The notes under the pieces: generated by a model
Seen by the model: only the letters and a program-made list of their open reading frames with translations
The model's database searches: none
What the model was told of the DNA's origin: nothing
DNA from: Cytophagales bacterium
GTDB taxonomy: Bacteria; Bacteroidota; Bacteroidia; Cytophagales; Spirosomataceae
Reading direction: 5' to 3'
NCBI GenBank assembly: GCA_013298125.1
Contig: JAAFJP010000033.1
Span: 152 to 64,151, forward strand
Length of the DNA stretch: 64,000 nt
Part shown: one piece after another, positions 55,762 through 64,000 of the stretch
Position numbering within the stretch: the first letter of the stretch is position 1
How the letters are laid out: the number at the start of each line of letters is the position of its first letter
Translations under genes and position numbers: made by a program

Positions 55762-56838
55762 TTATGAATTTAGTGAAAAAATAAAGGATTCCAAAAAGTT
55801 ATTCACCAAAGTCGATTTTGGCAAATCATCTACCTCATCAATTGAGTACCATTTCAAATCCGAGGGCAAATCTAATACAAAATTATTATTAAGTTCAACT
55901 CGCCAGAAGCGAGTTTGTATCTTTTGGTGGGTCAAAACGTGCGTATAAATCTCTGATTTATATTTAATTAAGGAATTTTCCAAAATATTTTTTAAAAAAT
56001 TATCTTCCGCCTCAATTTCCTCCAATAATTCCACATTTTCCGTAAATTCCTTCAAATAAAAATCATACATCCCAGCCCAAACGTCCTTCTGGGTACGCTC
56101 GTGCATGACAAATTTACGATTTTGTTCAATCACAAAATAATTAAAAAATCGTTCTCTGACTTTTATTTTTTTAGATTTTACAGGCAACATTCCTACTCGT
56201 CCTGTCGCATTTGCCACACATTCCATAGCCAGCGGACAAAACATACAATTAGGCATTCCAGGCGTACATTGCGTTGCTCCAAATTCCATAATTGCTTGAT
56301 TGTGCGTATCTGAATCACTTTCTGGCAAAACTGATTCGGCAATTTTTGTAAAAACTTTCTTAGCTTCATTGCTCGCAATATCAGTCTCTTCTCCAAAAAC
56401 TCTGGAAAGTACCCGATAAACGTTTCCGTCTAACACCGCCACTTTTTCACCAAAAGCAAAAGAGGCAATCGCCGCCGCCGTGTATGTGCCTATGCCTTTT
56501 AGTTTTAGTAATTCATTATAATTATCAGGGAATTCACCACCGTAATTTTCAACCACCATTTTGGCGGTGGTATGCAGATTTCTTGCACGTGAATAATAGC
56601 CCAAGCCTTGCCAAAGCCTCAACACATCCTTTTCATCAGCCGAAGCTAAATCTTGAACCGTTGGGAAAGTTTCGATAAATTTAAAATAATACGGCATTCC
56701 TTGCACCACCCGAGTCTGTTGCAGAATTACCTCCGAAAGCCAAATGAAATAAGGATTATGAATATTTCGCCAAGGCAAATCCCGTTTGTGGACATTGTAC
56801 CAAGCGGTTATTTTTTGAGAGAAAAAATGGGGTTCCAT
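55762..56838 (-). CDS. mutY: A/G-specific adenine DNA glycosylase
   Basis: HhH-GPD domain, Fe-S cluster loop (C..C..C...C in QCTPGMPNCMFCPLAMEC) and a C-terminal NUDIX-like domain. ATG 56838 (MEPHFF...) is preferred over the ORF-track start at 56868. Confidence 0.9.
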   Translation of the reverse strand: MEPHFFSQKITAWYNVHKRDLPWRNIHNPYFIWLSEVILQQTRVVQGMPYYFKFIETFPTVQDLASADEKDVLRLWQGLGYYSRARNLHTTAKMVVENYGGEFPDNYNELLKLKGIGTYTAAAIASFAFGEKVAVLDGNVYRVLSRVFGEETDIASNEAKKVFTKIAESVLPESDSDTHNQAIMEFGATQCTPGMPNCMFCPLAMECVANATGRVGMLPVKSKKIKVRERFFNYFVIEQNRKFVMHERTQKDVWAGMYDFYLKEFTENVELLEEIEAEDNFLKNILENSLIKYKSEIYTHVLTHQKIQTRFWRVELNNNFVLDLPSDLKWYSIDEVDDLPKSTLVNNFLESFIFSLNS

Positions 56839-56911
56839 TATAGATTGATGAAGTTTCTTACAATTCAATATAGACTCTAATTTAAGCCCATATTTTGGAT
56901 TTTAGATGTTT

Positions 56912-56932
56912 GCCGAAAGCCGAAAGCCGAAA
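56912..56932. repeat. Perfect heptamer tandem repeat (gccgaaa x3)
   Basis: gccgaaagccgaaagccgaaa is followed by gcctacggc. It lies in the mutY/HU divergent intergenic region. Confidence 0.9.
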
Positions 56933-57179
56933 GCCTACGGCTGACCAAACTCCCAAATGTCTAATAATTAAGCAATTACAAAAAAAAAGTTACAATATTT
57001 ATTTTTTGTTTCTTTTATAATTAAAACCAAAGCCGTACCTTTGTGTCCCCTAAGAATAAAGGGTATGTGAGAATATAGGTAAAAACCGCTAATAAAACCC
57101 CTAACGTATTCATTCTCAGTTATTAACATACGCAACCATTATTAGTATAACATATTTTTTAACTTAAATTTTTCAACAA

Positions 57180-57464
57180 GTGACTAAAGCAGACGTTATC
57201 GTAGAAATCGCCGACAAGACTGGCATCGACAAAGCAGATGTATCAAGTGCAATTGAGTCTTTTTTCTCAGTAATTAAGGACAATCTTGCAAAAGGAGAAG
57301 CCGTTTACGTAAGAGGTTTCGGTAGTTTTGTAAACAAAAAAAGAGCTCATAAAATTGCTCGTAACATCTCAAAAAATACTACAATTGAGATTCCAGAACA
57401 CTTTATCCCAAGCTTCAAGCCTGCAAAAACATTCGTTGAGCAAGTGAAAACTAACGCAAAATAA
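57180..57464 (+). CDS. HU-family DNA-binding protein
   Basis: GTG start. HU/IHF pattern (VYVRGFGSF...R.ARN....I..P....P.FKP). Confidence 0.9.
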   Translation: MTKADVIVEIADKTGIDKADVSSAIESFFSVIKDNLAKGEAVYVRGFGSFVNKKRAHKIARNISKNTTIEIPEHFIPSFKPAKTFVEQVKTNAK

Positions 57465-57465
57465 T

Positions 57466-57587
57466 GTAGTTATTGGTTACTGGTTGATTAGTTATTAGTT
57501 TTTTGTTATTTGTGTAATTCTTAAATAAGTTTTCATATTTTACAGATAACCAATAACCAATCAACCAACAACCAATCAACCAATAAA
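57466..57587. repeat. Intergenic hairpin, 'ttggtt/aaccaa' word
   Basis: gtagttattggttactggttgattagttattagtt pairs with agataaccaataaccaatcaaccaacaaccaatcaaccaataa. It begins 1 nt after the HU stop and ends 5 nt before the next ATG. Confidence 0.85.
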
Positions 57588-57592
57588 AACCT

Positions 57593-58447
57593 ATGCAAAA
57601 GTCTTTTATAGTAATCATTGTCATAGCACTTGCCACAATTGGCGGACTTTATAGCCTTCCGAAAGTGGTAGTAAACAATGAGAAAAAGACCCTACAACAA
57701 CCCGAAAAAGAAAATCCCGCTGCTACTGCCAACCGTGATAAAAATGTGAAAGCTGATGCTCCAGCGGTATCAGAAAACCATAGCGAGTCACTAACCGCAG
57801 AACAGCAAAAGGTAATTAGTAATTTGAGGGACGTTTACACCAAAGCCAACGGCAAAAGCAAGATTAAATCTGCCGATGAATTAATTGTACAATTTGTGAA
57901 GTATAACCGTTACGACAGTGCGGCACATTATGCAGAAGAAGTTGTGAAAATTGAACCTTCGGAAAACAATTTGATGAAAGCGGGAGGTTTGTATTACGAA
58001 GCCTTTACTTATTCTCTTCAACAAGATAAGACTGCAAAAATGGGTGAAAAAGCCCGTGAAATTTATCAAAAAGTTTTAGACCAAAATCCCAATAATCTTT
58101 TGGCTAAAACGAATATGGCAATGACCTATACCGCAACCCAGACTCCCATGCAGGGAATTATGATGTTGCGTGATGTTATTGCCAAAGAACCAGACTACGA
58201 ACCAGCATTGTTCAGTTTGGGGATTCTCTCGATACGGTCTAACCAGTTTGGAAAAGCCGTGGATAGATTCAAGCAAATTCTTAGAAATAACCCGTCGAAC
58301 ATTAAAGCGGCATTAAATTTGGGATATTGTTTGGCAGAATTAGATAGAAAAGAAGAAGCAAAGCCCATCCTTGAACAAGTCCTCGCCAACAGCAAAGACC
58401 CACAAGAAAAAGCCGCTGCCAATGAGATTTTGTCTAAATTAAAGTAA
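57593..58447 (+). CDS. Membrane-anchored tetratricopeptide-repeat protein
   Basis: N-terminal TM segment followed by TPR units. Confidence 0.7.
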   Translation: MQKSFIVIIVIALATIGGLYSLPKVVVNNEKKTLQQPEKENPAATANRDKNVKADAPAVSENHSESLTAEQQKVISNLRDVYTKANGKSKIKSADELIVQFVKYNRYDSAAHYAEEVVKIEPSENNLMKAGGLYYEAFTYSLQQDKTAKMGEKAREIYQKVLDQNPNNLLAKTNMAMTYTATQTPMQGIMMLRDVIAKEPDYEPALFSLGILSIRSNQFGKAVDRFKQILRNNPSNIKAALNLGYCLAELDRKEEAKPILEQVLANSKDPQEKAAANEILSKLK

Positions 58448-58454
58448 GGTGTGA

Positions 58455-58489
58455 TTTGGGGATTAGGGATTGGGAAATTAGGGATTAGG
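58455..58489. repeat. 'gggattaggg' word array (C-family), direct copy 1
   Basis: tttggggattagggattgggaaattagggattagg. The same orientation is seen at 59061-59096. Confidence 0.85.
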
Positions 58490-58601
58490 TTTTTAAAAAA
58501 TTAAAAATCCTCTCTTTATAATACTGAAAACTAAAATCTAACCGAAGCGACGGTCGCATCGACATAAAATAAATTATTTAACATTTAAAACTTTTAAAAT
58601 C

Positions 58602-58691
58602 ATGCCTTGCGGAAAGAAAAGAAAGAGACACAAGATCTCAACGCACAAAAGAAAGAAGCGTCTTAGAAAGAACAGACATAAGAAGAAATAG
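58602..58691 (+). CDS. 29-aa highly basic micro-protein, ribosomal protein bS22-like
   Basis: Hand translation gives MPCGKKRKRHKISTHKRKKRLRKNRHKKK. It resembles the KKRRKRM.KKKHRKLLR.TR core of bS22, which is known from mycobacterial and Bacteroidetes ribosomes. Confidence 0.65.
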   Translation: MPCGKKRKRHKISTHKRKKRLRKNRHKKK

Positions 58692-58693
58692 AT

Positions 58694-58808
58694 TTAGGTT
58701 TTAAGGGAAAAGTCATAAGTCTTTAAGTCATAAGTCGTAAGAAATACCTCGGTAAAAAATCTTACGACTTGTGACTTACGACATACGACTAATTTTCTAA
58801 AACCTTTA
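58694..58808. repeat. Hairpin, 'gtcataagtc/gacttacgac' word
   Basis: ttaggttttaagggaaaagtcataagtctttaagtcataagtcgtaag pairs with cttacgacttgtgacttacgacatacgactaattttctaaaaccttta. Confidence 0.9.
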
Positions 58809-58810
58809 TA

Positions 58811-58851
58811 AAAACAGGCAAAATTCAGCTAATGAAATTTGCCTGTTTTTG
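58811..58851 (+). terminator. Intrinsic terminator
   Basis: aaaacaggcaaa-ttcagctaatgaa-atttgcctgtttttg. The stem sequence is nearly the same as in the 37386-37422 terminator. Confidence 0.75.
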
Positions 58852-59060
58852 TCGTTTTTGTGAGATTGTTGTCTTGAAAAGATAATTTAATTGCTTAACG
58901 TTTTCATTATCAAACGATTAAGTAATTATCGGTTATGACAATTGCTACTATTTGGGAATTATTGGAAAATATTTCTTCTGTTAAACCAAAGCAAGTCACC
59001 CACATTTAAAAGTCAATCTAAGAAAAATATTATAGACAAAATTTTTCCTTTAATTATTCA

Positions 59061-59096
59061 TTTAGGGATTAGGAATTGGGGATTGGGGATTAGGGT
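59061..59096. repeat. 'gggattaggg' word array (C-family), direct copy 2
   Basis: tttagggattaggaattggggattggggattaggg. Confidence 0.85.
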
Positions 59097-59290
59097 TCAG
59101 TGTCATTGCTGAAAACCTAATTAATCCAATAACTATGTTTCCTACTAACCTACTCTTAATAATTTTCCTAATTCAGAAATCGAAATTTCTTTTTCTCAAT
59201 AGGCTCGAACGTATCTATAATTAATTGATTATTAGGGACTTACCTCAAAACACTCACGCCGACAAATCTTCCCATTTTTGTCCATTCTAA

Positions 59291-60862
59291 ATGCTAAATT
59301 CACCTGTGAGTAACGAATTAATTATCAATTCGACTCCCAAAGGTGACCGTATTGCTTTGTTGCAAGACAAACGCATTGTGGAATATCACTTAGAGGAGTC
59401 CGAACCACACTTTTCTGTTGGAGACATTTATCTCGGAACAGTCAAGAAGATGGTAACGGGATTGAACGCTGCGTTTATTGATATTGGCTATGAAAAGGAT
59501 GCTTTTCTCCACTATCACGACTTAGGTCCGAACGTCAATTCCCTAAACAAATTTACGAAGGAAGTCATCGCCGAAAGAATAAAATCTGGGCGTTTAGATA
59601 ACTTCAAATTAGAGCCAGAGATTGATAAGCACGATAAAATTGATAAGGTATTGAATAAAAATACCCCAATTTTGGTGCAAGTCGTCAAAGAACCCATTTC
59701 AACCAAAGGACCTCGTTTGTCGTGCGATATTTCTATTGCGGGACGTTACACGGTGCTTGTACCTTTCTCGAATGGGGTAAATATCTCGAAAAAAATTACG
59801 GCAAAAACCGAACGCCAACGTCTGCAAAGACTGATGTCTTCGATTAAACCTGCCAATTTCGGGGTAATTGTTAGAACCGTAGCCGAAGGCAAAGAAGTAG
59901 AGGAATTGGATAAAGACCTCCGTGAATCTATTGCCAAATGGGACGCTGGAATGGCTGCCCTGAAAAGTGCTAAACCACGTGATAAAATAATCGGTGAGAT
60001 GAGTCGTGCGACTTCAATGTTGCGAGATTTATTGAACGAAAATTTTGATAGTGTAGTCGTAGATACGCCTGAATTGTATCAGGAAGCCCGTAATTATGTC
60101 TTGAATATTGCTCCTGACAAAGAAAAAATTGTCAAGTTGCACCAAGGCAAAAACAAGGTTTTTGAACAATTAGGCATCGAAAAACAGCTCAAAATGTTGT
60201 TTGGGCGTTCGGTAAGTTTGCCACAAGGCGGTTATTTGATTGTTGAGCATACAGAGGCATTGCACGTAATTGATGTCAATTCGGGCAATAAATCGAACAG
60301 CGAAGACGACCAAGAAGCAACGGCTTTGAGCGTAAACCGAGAGGCAGCCAAAGAGATTGCTCGTCAGTTGAGATTGCGAGATATGGGTGGAATTATCGTC
60401 ATCGACTTTATTGATATGAAGAAGGCTGAGAACAAGAAGGCTATTCAGGACATCATGAAGGACGAGATGAAAACTGACCGTTCAAAATACACAATTTTGC
60501 CTTTGACGAAGTTTGGTTTGATGCAAATTACTCGCCAGCGGGTACGTCCAGAAATGAACGTAGTAACGGCAGAAAATTGCCCTGCCTGCGGAGGAACTGG
60601 AAAAATCACAGCAAGTATTGCGATTTCAGATGTAATTGAGCATCATTTAGAGCATATCTTAGAAAAGCAAAACGAGAAAAAACCAACGATTATCCTGCAT
60701 CCGTTCTTGTATGCGTATTTCTCAAAAGGATTTCCATCGAAGCGAATGAAGTGGTTTTTCAAGTATAAAACTTGGGTAAATCTGATTCAAGATACGTCAT
60801 TCGGAATTACGGATTTCAAGTTTTTGAATGACCATAACGAACCGATTGAGTTGATTGGATAA
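59291..60862 (+). CDS. rng: Ribonuclease E/G family endoribonuclease
   Basis: N-terminal S1 domain (VGDIYLGTVKKM) and catalytic core blocks (HVIDVNSG, GGIIVIDFIDM, Zn-link CPACGG). Confidence 0.9.
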   Translation: MLNSPVSNELIINSTPKGDRIALLQDKRIVEYHLEESEPHFSVGDIYLGTVKKMVTGLNAAFIDIGYEKDAFLHYHDLGPNVNSLNKFTKEVIAERIKSGRLDNFKLEPEIDKHDKIDKVLNKNTPILVQVVKEPISTKGPRLSCDISIAGRYTVLVPFSNGVNISKKITAKTERQRLQRLMSSIKPANFGVIVRTVAEGKEVEELDKDLRESIAKWDAGMAALKSAKPRDKIIGEMSRATSMLRDLLNENFDSVVVDTPELYQEARNYVLNIAPDKEKIVKLHQGKNKVFEQLGIEKQLKMLFGRSVSLPQGGYLIVEHTEALHVIDVNSGNKSNSEDDQEATALSVNREAAKEIARQLRLRDMGGIIVIDFIDMKKAENKKAIQDIMKDEMKTDRSKYTILPLTKFGLMQITRQRVRPEMNVVTAENCPACGGTGKITASIAISDVIEHHLEHILEKQNEKKPTIILHPFLYAYFSKGFPSKRMKWFFKYKTWVNLIQDTSFGITDFKFLNDHNEPIELIG

Positions 60863-60880
60863 GTTTGATTTCGTCGTTAT

Positions 60881-60920
60881 AAAAAAGCCTGATTTTCATT
60901 TGAAAGTCAGGCTTTTTTTT
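60881..60920 (+). terminator. Intrinsic terminator after the RNase E/G gene
   Basis: aaaaaagcctgattttcatttgaaagtcaggctttttttt. Confidence 0.8.
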
Positions 60921-60957
60921 ATTTGCTCTTCTATTGTGTTCAAAAAGCTATATTTTT

Positions 60958-61019
60958 CTGAATCAGGTTTTACAAGATTCAATCCTAAAAATCCTTAAAT
61001 CTTGTAAATCCTGATTCAG
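60958..61019. repeat. 22-bp inverted repeat downstream of the Rpn-like gene
   Basis: ctgaatcaggttttacaagatt-(18 nt)-aatcttgtaaatcctgattcag, with 21 of 22 positions complementary. Confidence 0.9.
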
Positions 61020-61024
61020 ACAAG

Positions 61025-61927
61025 TTATTGCTTCTCGTTAAGTCTTCGTAAAAGTTCAGCAATTTGTTTATCCTTTTCAGACAATGCTTGGTCTTTTTCT
61101 TTAATCTCTTTCGATTGTTTTACTAATCTCGCTCGAAGTTTTTCTGTCATTGCTTCAAATGTTCTCCATGCTTCTTGTTCGTTTTCTATTTTTTTTCTTT
61201 CCTCTGGATTTGTACCCGAAAGATGCAAAATATCGGTTATCGTCATTAAATCATCATCGTCTGGAATATGATTAAATTCTTTAATAATTTTCTTGTCGTC
61301 AATAAAATTTGATTGTTCAAAAACACTTAAAAGTTTATCTAAACGTGTTTGATAACGGTTGGTTATTCTTCCTACTTGAACTACAAAACTGTCATGCGTA
61401 AGTTTTTCCACAAAATCACTTCTATCATCAATAATTTTTTTATCAATTAAATCCCAGTAGTTTCGCTCAACTTTTATACAAGGAGAAGATATTTCTGGTA
61501 ATTTAAAGCCTAAAATATAAATAGTCGTGATTGGTAAAACAACTTTTTCTTCGTTAATAATATCTTCTTTTTTATACTGTTCACCCAAATAGTTACGAAA
61601 ACGCAACAAGTCTATTTCGTTATTTGCTTTTTGTATTTCAATCAATATTTTTTTTATTTCACCATTATTGGTTCTAATGGTAGCAACAAAATCAAGTCGA
61701 TAAACTCTAATTGAAAGGCGTTCCAGTACTCTTTGTTCAAGAGCCTCTCGCATAGCGGGGTCGTTTATATCAAACTCTCTTTCTCCTTCATAAGTATATT
61801 CTTGTGGTTTTACTTCAATCGTTTCAACATCTTCTCCCAAAAGCGTCCCAATAAAGAATTTGGCAACTTTATTGTTTTCCATCATTCGTTTGAAAACCAC
61901 ATCATATATTGGATTGGCAATTATCAT
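61025..61927 (-). CDS. Rpn-family PD-(D/E)XK nuclease ('putative transposase/invertase' TIGR01784-like)
   Basis: Characteristic N-terminus NPIYDVVFKRMMENNKVAKFFIGTLLGE, then ...RLDFVA...EIQK (D...E.K). A coiled-coil C-terminus follows. Confidence 0.65.
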   Translation of the reverse strand: MIIANPIYDVVFKRMMENNKVAKFFIGTLLGEDVETIEVKPQEYTYEGEREFDINDPAMREALEQRVLERLSIRVYRLDFVATIRTNNGEIKKILIEIQKANNEIDLLRFRNYLGEQYKKEDIINEEKVVLPITTIYILGFKLPEISSPCIKVERNYWDLIDKKIIDDRSDFVEKLTHDSFVVQVGRITNRYQTRLDKLLSVFEQSNFIDDKKIIKEFNHIPDDDDLMTITDILHLSGTNPEERKKIENEQEAWRTFEAMTEKLRARLVKQSKEIKEKDQALSEKDKQIAELLRRLNEKQ

Positions 61928-62064
61928 TATTCTGTCTTATTAATGTTGTACAAATTTAAGTATATTTTTTGAGTCTTCAAGTTTGTGTGATAAAACGGGT
62001 ATTTTAAGCATAATTCTTTCTGAGGAGTTCAGCCTTTTTATTTTCCAAAATCAACGTTTTTCGC

Positions 62065-62072
62065 TACCTTTG
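62065..62072 (+). promoter_or_regulatory. Possible -7 box TAccTTTG upstream of the SprT-like gene
   Basis: tacctttg lies 22 nt upstream of ATG 62095. Confidence 0.35.
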
Positions 62073-62094
62073 TCATAGGTCATTACTCCAAAAA

Positions 62095-62700
62095 ATGAAC
62101 AAAGACTTAGCCATTTTTCAACAATATTTTCCAGAAACTACCGTCCAATTTTGTTACAATCTTTGGAAGGAATATCAGTTTAAATTTAAGATTACTCGCC
62201 CTCGACAATCGAAGTTGGGGGATTACTGTTACCGTCGTGATAAAGGGCATCAAATTACGGTGAATGCTAATCTGAATCCATATTCTTTTTTAGTAACTTA
62301 TATTCACGAAGTAGCTCATTTACAGACTTTTAAGCAATATGGTAATAAGCCTGAACCACACGGAAAAGAATGGAAACGACATTTTAGAGAGACCTTTCAG
62401 CCTCTGTTGAAACCTGAAATTTTACCTACGGAATTGATTATTCCACTGTCTGAATACCTCAAAAATCCATCTGCCACAACCCAAGGAGCAAGTCCATTGA
62501 TGGTGGCTTTGCGAAAATTTGATACGCATACAGACACGGATTCAAGCACCTTAGCGAGTTTGCAGGCAGGAGATAATTTTGAACTCAACGGACGTATTTT
62601 TACGAAAGGAGAATTACGCAGAACTCGCTTTTTGTGTACGGATAGACAGACGGGCAAACGTTATGTGATTTCCACTAATGCTTTGGTGAAGAAGGTTTGA
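62095..62700 (+). CDS. SprT-like zinc metalloprotease domain protein
   Basis: HEVAHL (HExxH) followed by EPHGKEW, which is typical of SprT-like proteins. Confidence 0.7.
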   Translation: MNKDLAIFQQYFPETTVQFCYNLWKEYQFKFKITRPRQSKLGDYCYRRDKGHQITVNANLNPYSFLVTYIHEVAHLQTFKQYGNKPEPHGKEWKRHFRETFQPLLKPEILPTELIIPLSEYLKNPSATTQGASPLMVALRKFDTHTDTDSSTLASLQAGDNFELNGRIFTKGELRRTRFLCTDRQTGKRYVISTNALVKKV

Positions 62701-62752
62701 TAATTTTGAGTTCATTTTATCGTTTAATGGTAACACAATCTTACTGAACATT

Positions 62753-64000
62753 TTGAAAAAAATACTACAACATAACTTTCTCTTTTTTATCCTCATCTTC
62801 GCCCATAAAACTGTCGCCCAAAACTCAGTTTTAGTCAAAGGTGAATGGATAAAAATTAGCGTAGTTTCTTCTGGTATTCATAAAATTGATGCTAATTTTC
62901 TTCAAAAATCGGGGCTAAATCTGGCTCAAATTAATCCTCAGAATATCAAAATTTATGGCAATGGTGGAGGAATGTTACCCCAAGCCAATGACATAAACAG
63001 AGCCAAGGATTTAATCGAAAATGCTATTTCAGTAGAAGGAGAAGCCGATGGAAGGTTTGATAATCAGGACTTTATCTTGTTTTATGGTCAAAGTCCACAT
63101 ACGATTTCGTATGATTCTCTGGCAAAATCTTTCAAACATCAATTCAATATATATTCTGATACTACCTTTTATTTTTTGACGGTTTCTGAGACAAAAGGAT
63201 TACGCATCAAAGACCAAAATTCTATCACTACAAGCCAAGAAATCACGGCTTTTGATGATTATGATTTTCATGAAATTGACCGTAAAAATATTCTCGCCCA
63301 AGCACCCTTCGCAGGTTCGGGGCGTGAGTGGGTAGGCGAAGAATTTTCTGGCAATGCCGAACAAATTTTTACCTTCAATTTCTCAGGAATTCAAGCTAAT
63401 TCTTCCCTAAAAATTACGGCTTCGATGGCTGCCTCAGCTTTTGGGCAGACGGAATTTGCTTTAAAAGCCAACGGTCAATCAGTTGGGACGATTCCAATAA
63501 ATTACATTGGGTCAGACCGTTACGATTATAAATCAGCATTTTCTGTCAAAAATTTCACGCTCAATTCTGATAATTTTACCAATACCAACAATTTGAAAAT
63601 TGGTTTTACGTATGACCGTAAATCACTCTCGGCGGGCGTGGGCTACTTGAATTATGTAGGTGTACAAGCGGTCAGAAATCTGAAATTATATGGAAATCAA
63701 ACCATTTTTCGGTCTTTGGAAAGTTTGAAATTTAAAACTTCCAAGTTTGTTCTAAGCGAATCTTCCACAAACTTAAAAATCTGGGATATTTCTAATCCAC
63801 AAGTTCCTCAAAATCAGATTTATACTGTCCAAAATCAAAAAATTAATTTTGGCGTAAATACATCAACTTTAAAGGAATTTATTGTTTTTAATAATGCTAA
63901 TTTCCTTGAACCTGTTTCTGTTCAGAAAATCAATAATCAGAATTTACGTAATCTTGAAGTGCCTGATTTAGTGATAGTTACTTCTGAAATTTTGAGAAAA
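62753..64000 (+). CDS. porU: Type IX secretion system sortase PorU (C25 peptidase family), 5' partial (runs off window)
   Basis: An open frame runs from TTG 62753 (MKKILQHNFLFFILIFAHKTVAQ signal) to the window end. The N-terminal block SVLVKGEWIKISVVSSGIHKID...IKIYGNGGGMLPQAN...DFILFYGQSPH is characteristic of PorU. Confidence 0.7.
   Translation, partial: MKKILQHNFLFFILIFAHKTVAQNSVLVKGEWIKISVVSSGIHKIDANFLQKSGLNLAQINPQNIKIYGNGGGMLPQANDINRAKDLIENAISVEGEADGRFDNQDFILFYGQSPHTISYDSLAKSFKHQFNIYSDTTFYFLTVSETKGLRIKDQNSITTSQEITAFDDYDFHEIDRKNILAQAPFAGSGREWVGEEFSGNAEQIFTFNFSGIQANSSLKITASMAASAFGQTEFALKANGQSVGTIPINYIGSDRYDYKSAFSVKNFTLNSDNFTNTNNLKIGFTYDRKSLSAGVGYLNYVGVQAVRNLKLYGNQTIFRSLESLKFKTSKFVLSESSTNLKIWDISNPQVPQNQIYTVQNQKINFGVNTSTLKEFIVFNNANFLEPVSVQKINNQNLRNLEVPDLVIVTSEILRK

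Noticed and set aside
57005-57043. Full Bacteroidota promoter for the HU gene (TTTG ... TAccTTTG)
   Set aside because: A good -7 box (tacctttg, 57036-57043) exists, but the nearest upstream TTTG is 27 nt away, outside the usual 19-21 nt spacing. It is therefore not reported as a confident feature.
61025-61927. Insertion sequence or active transposon
   Set aside because: The Rpn/PD-(D/E)XK family is only nominally a 'transposase'. The 22-bp inverted repeat lies on one side only (60958-61019), and no matching repeat or target duplication was seen on the other side.
1-64000. tRNA, rRNA, tmRNA, RNase P or other known structured RNA genes
   Set aside because: No cloverleaf-like or rRNA-like stretch was recognised in the intergenic regions by eye. 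This negative is weak without tRNAscan or Infernal.

Overview
Everything here was read by eye. No searches, HMMs or folding programs were run, so product names rest on motif and family recognition.

The window is a low-GC chromosomal segment with Bacteroidota hallmarks, probably a Cytophagales-like organism. Supporting signs are a T9SS PorU-like gene, a GldE-type CNNM gene, a bS22-like micro-ORF, TAnnTTTG -7 boxes, no obvious Shine-Dalgarno sequences, and many SusB-like, sulfatase and lipoprotein genes.

About 65 protein genes are present and most are housekeeping:
- a TolC/HlyD efflux pair
- ilvD...ilvB-ilvN
- cysS
- two rhomboids
- nuoKLMN
- ribH
- cysH-cysD-cysN
- ssb, mutY, HU and RNase E/G

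Small accessory insertions sit between them:
- a disrupted ORF6N gene plus two membrane genes inside the ilv cluster
- a HEPN/MNT pair with an in-frame stop in HEPN
- a compact ABC-ATPase::DUF4435/Toprim-like (PARIS/OLD-like) candidate defence gene with a translationally coupled 75-aa ORF
- a PIN/antitoxin module wedged between nuoL and nuoM
- a second paralogous PIN module after cysN
- a PD-(D/E)XK nuclease insertion between DUF4292 and an M23 peptidase

No rRNA, tRNA, CRISPR array or intact transposase was recognised.

The most striking non-coding signal is a pervasive class of 60-190 bp intergenic hairpins. Their arms are built from short degenerate tandem 'words' that differ between loci. 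They fill the gap between co-directional genes almost exactly from stop codon to start codon.

An Ile/Val/Leu-rich leader peptide with a terminator (a candidate attenuator) lies upstream of ilvD.
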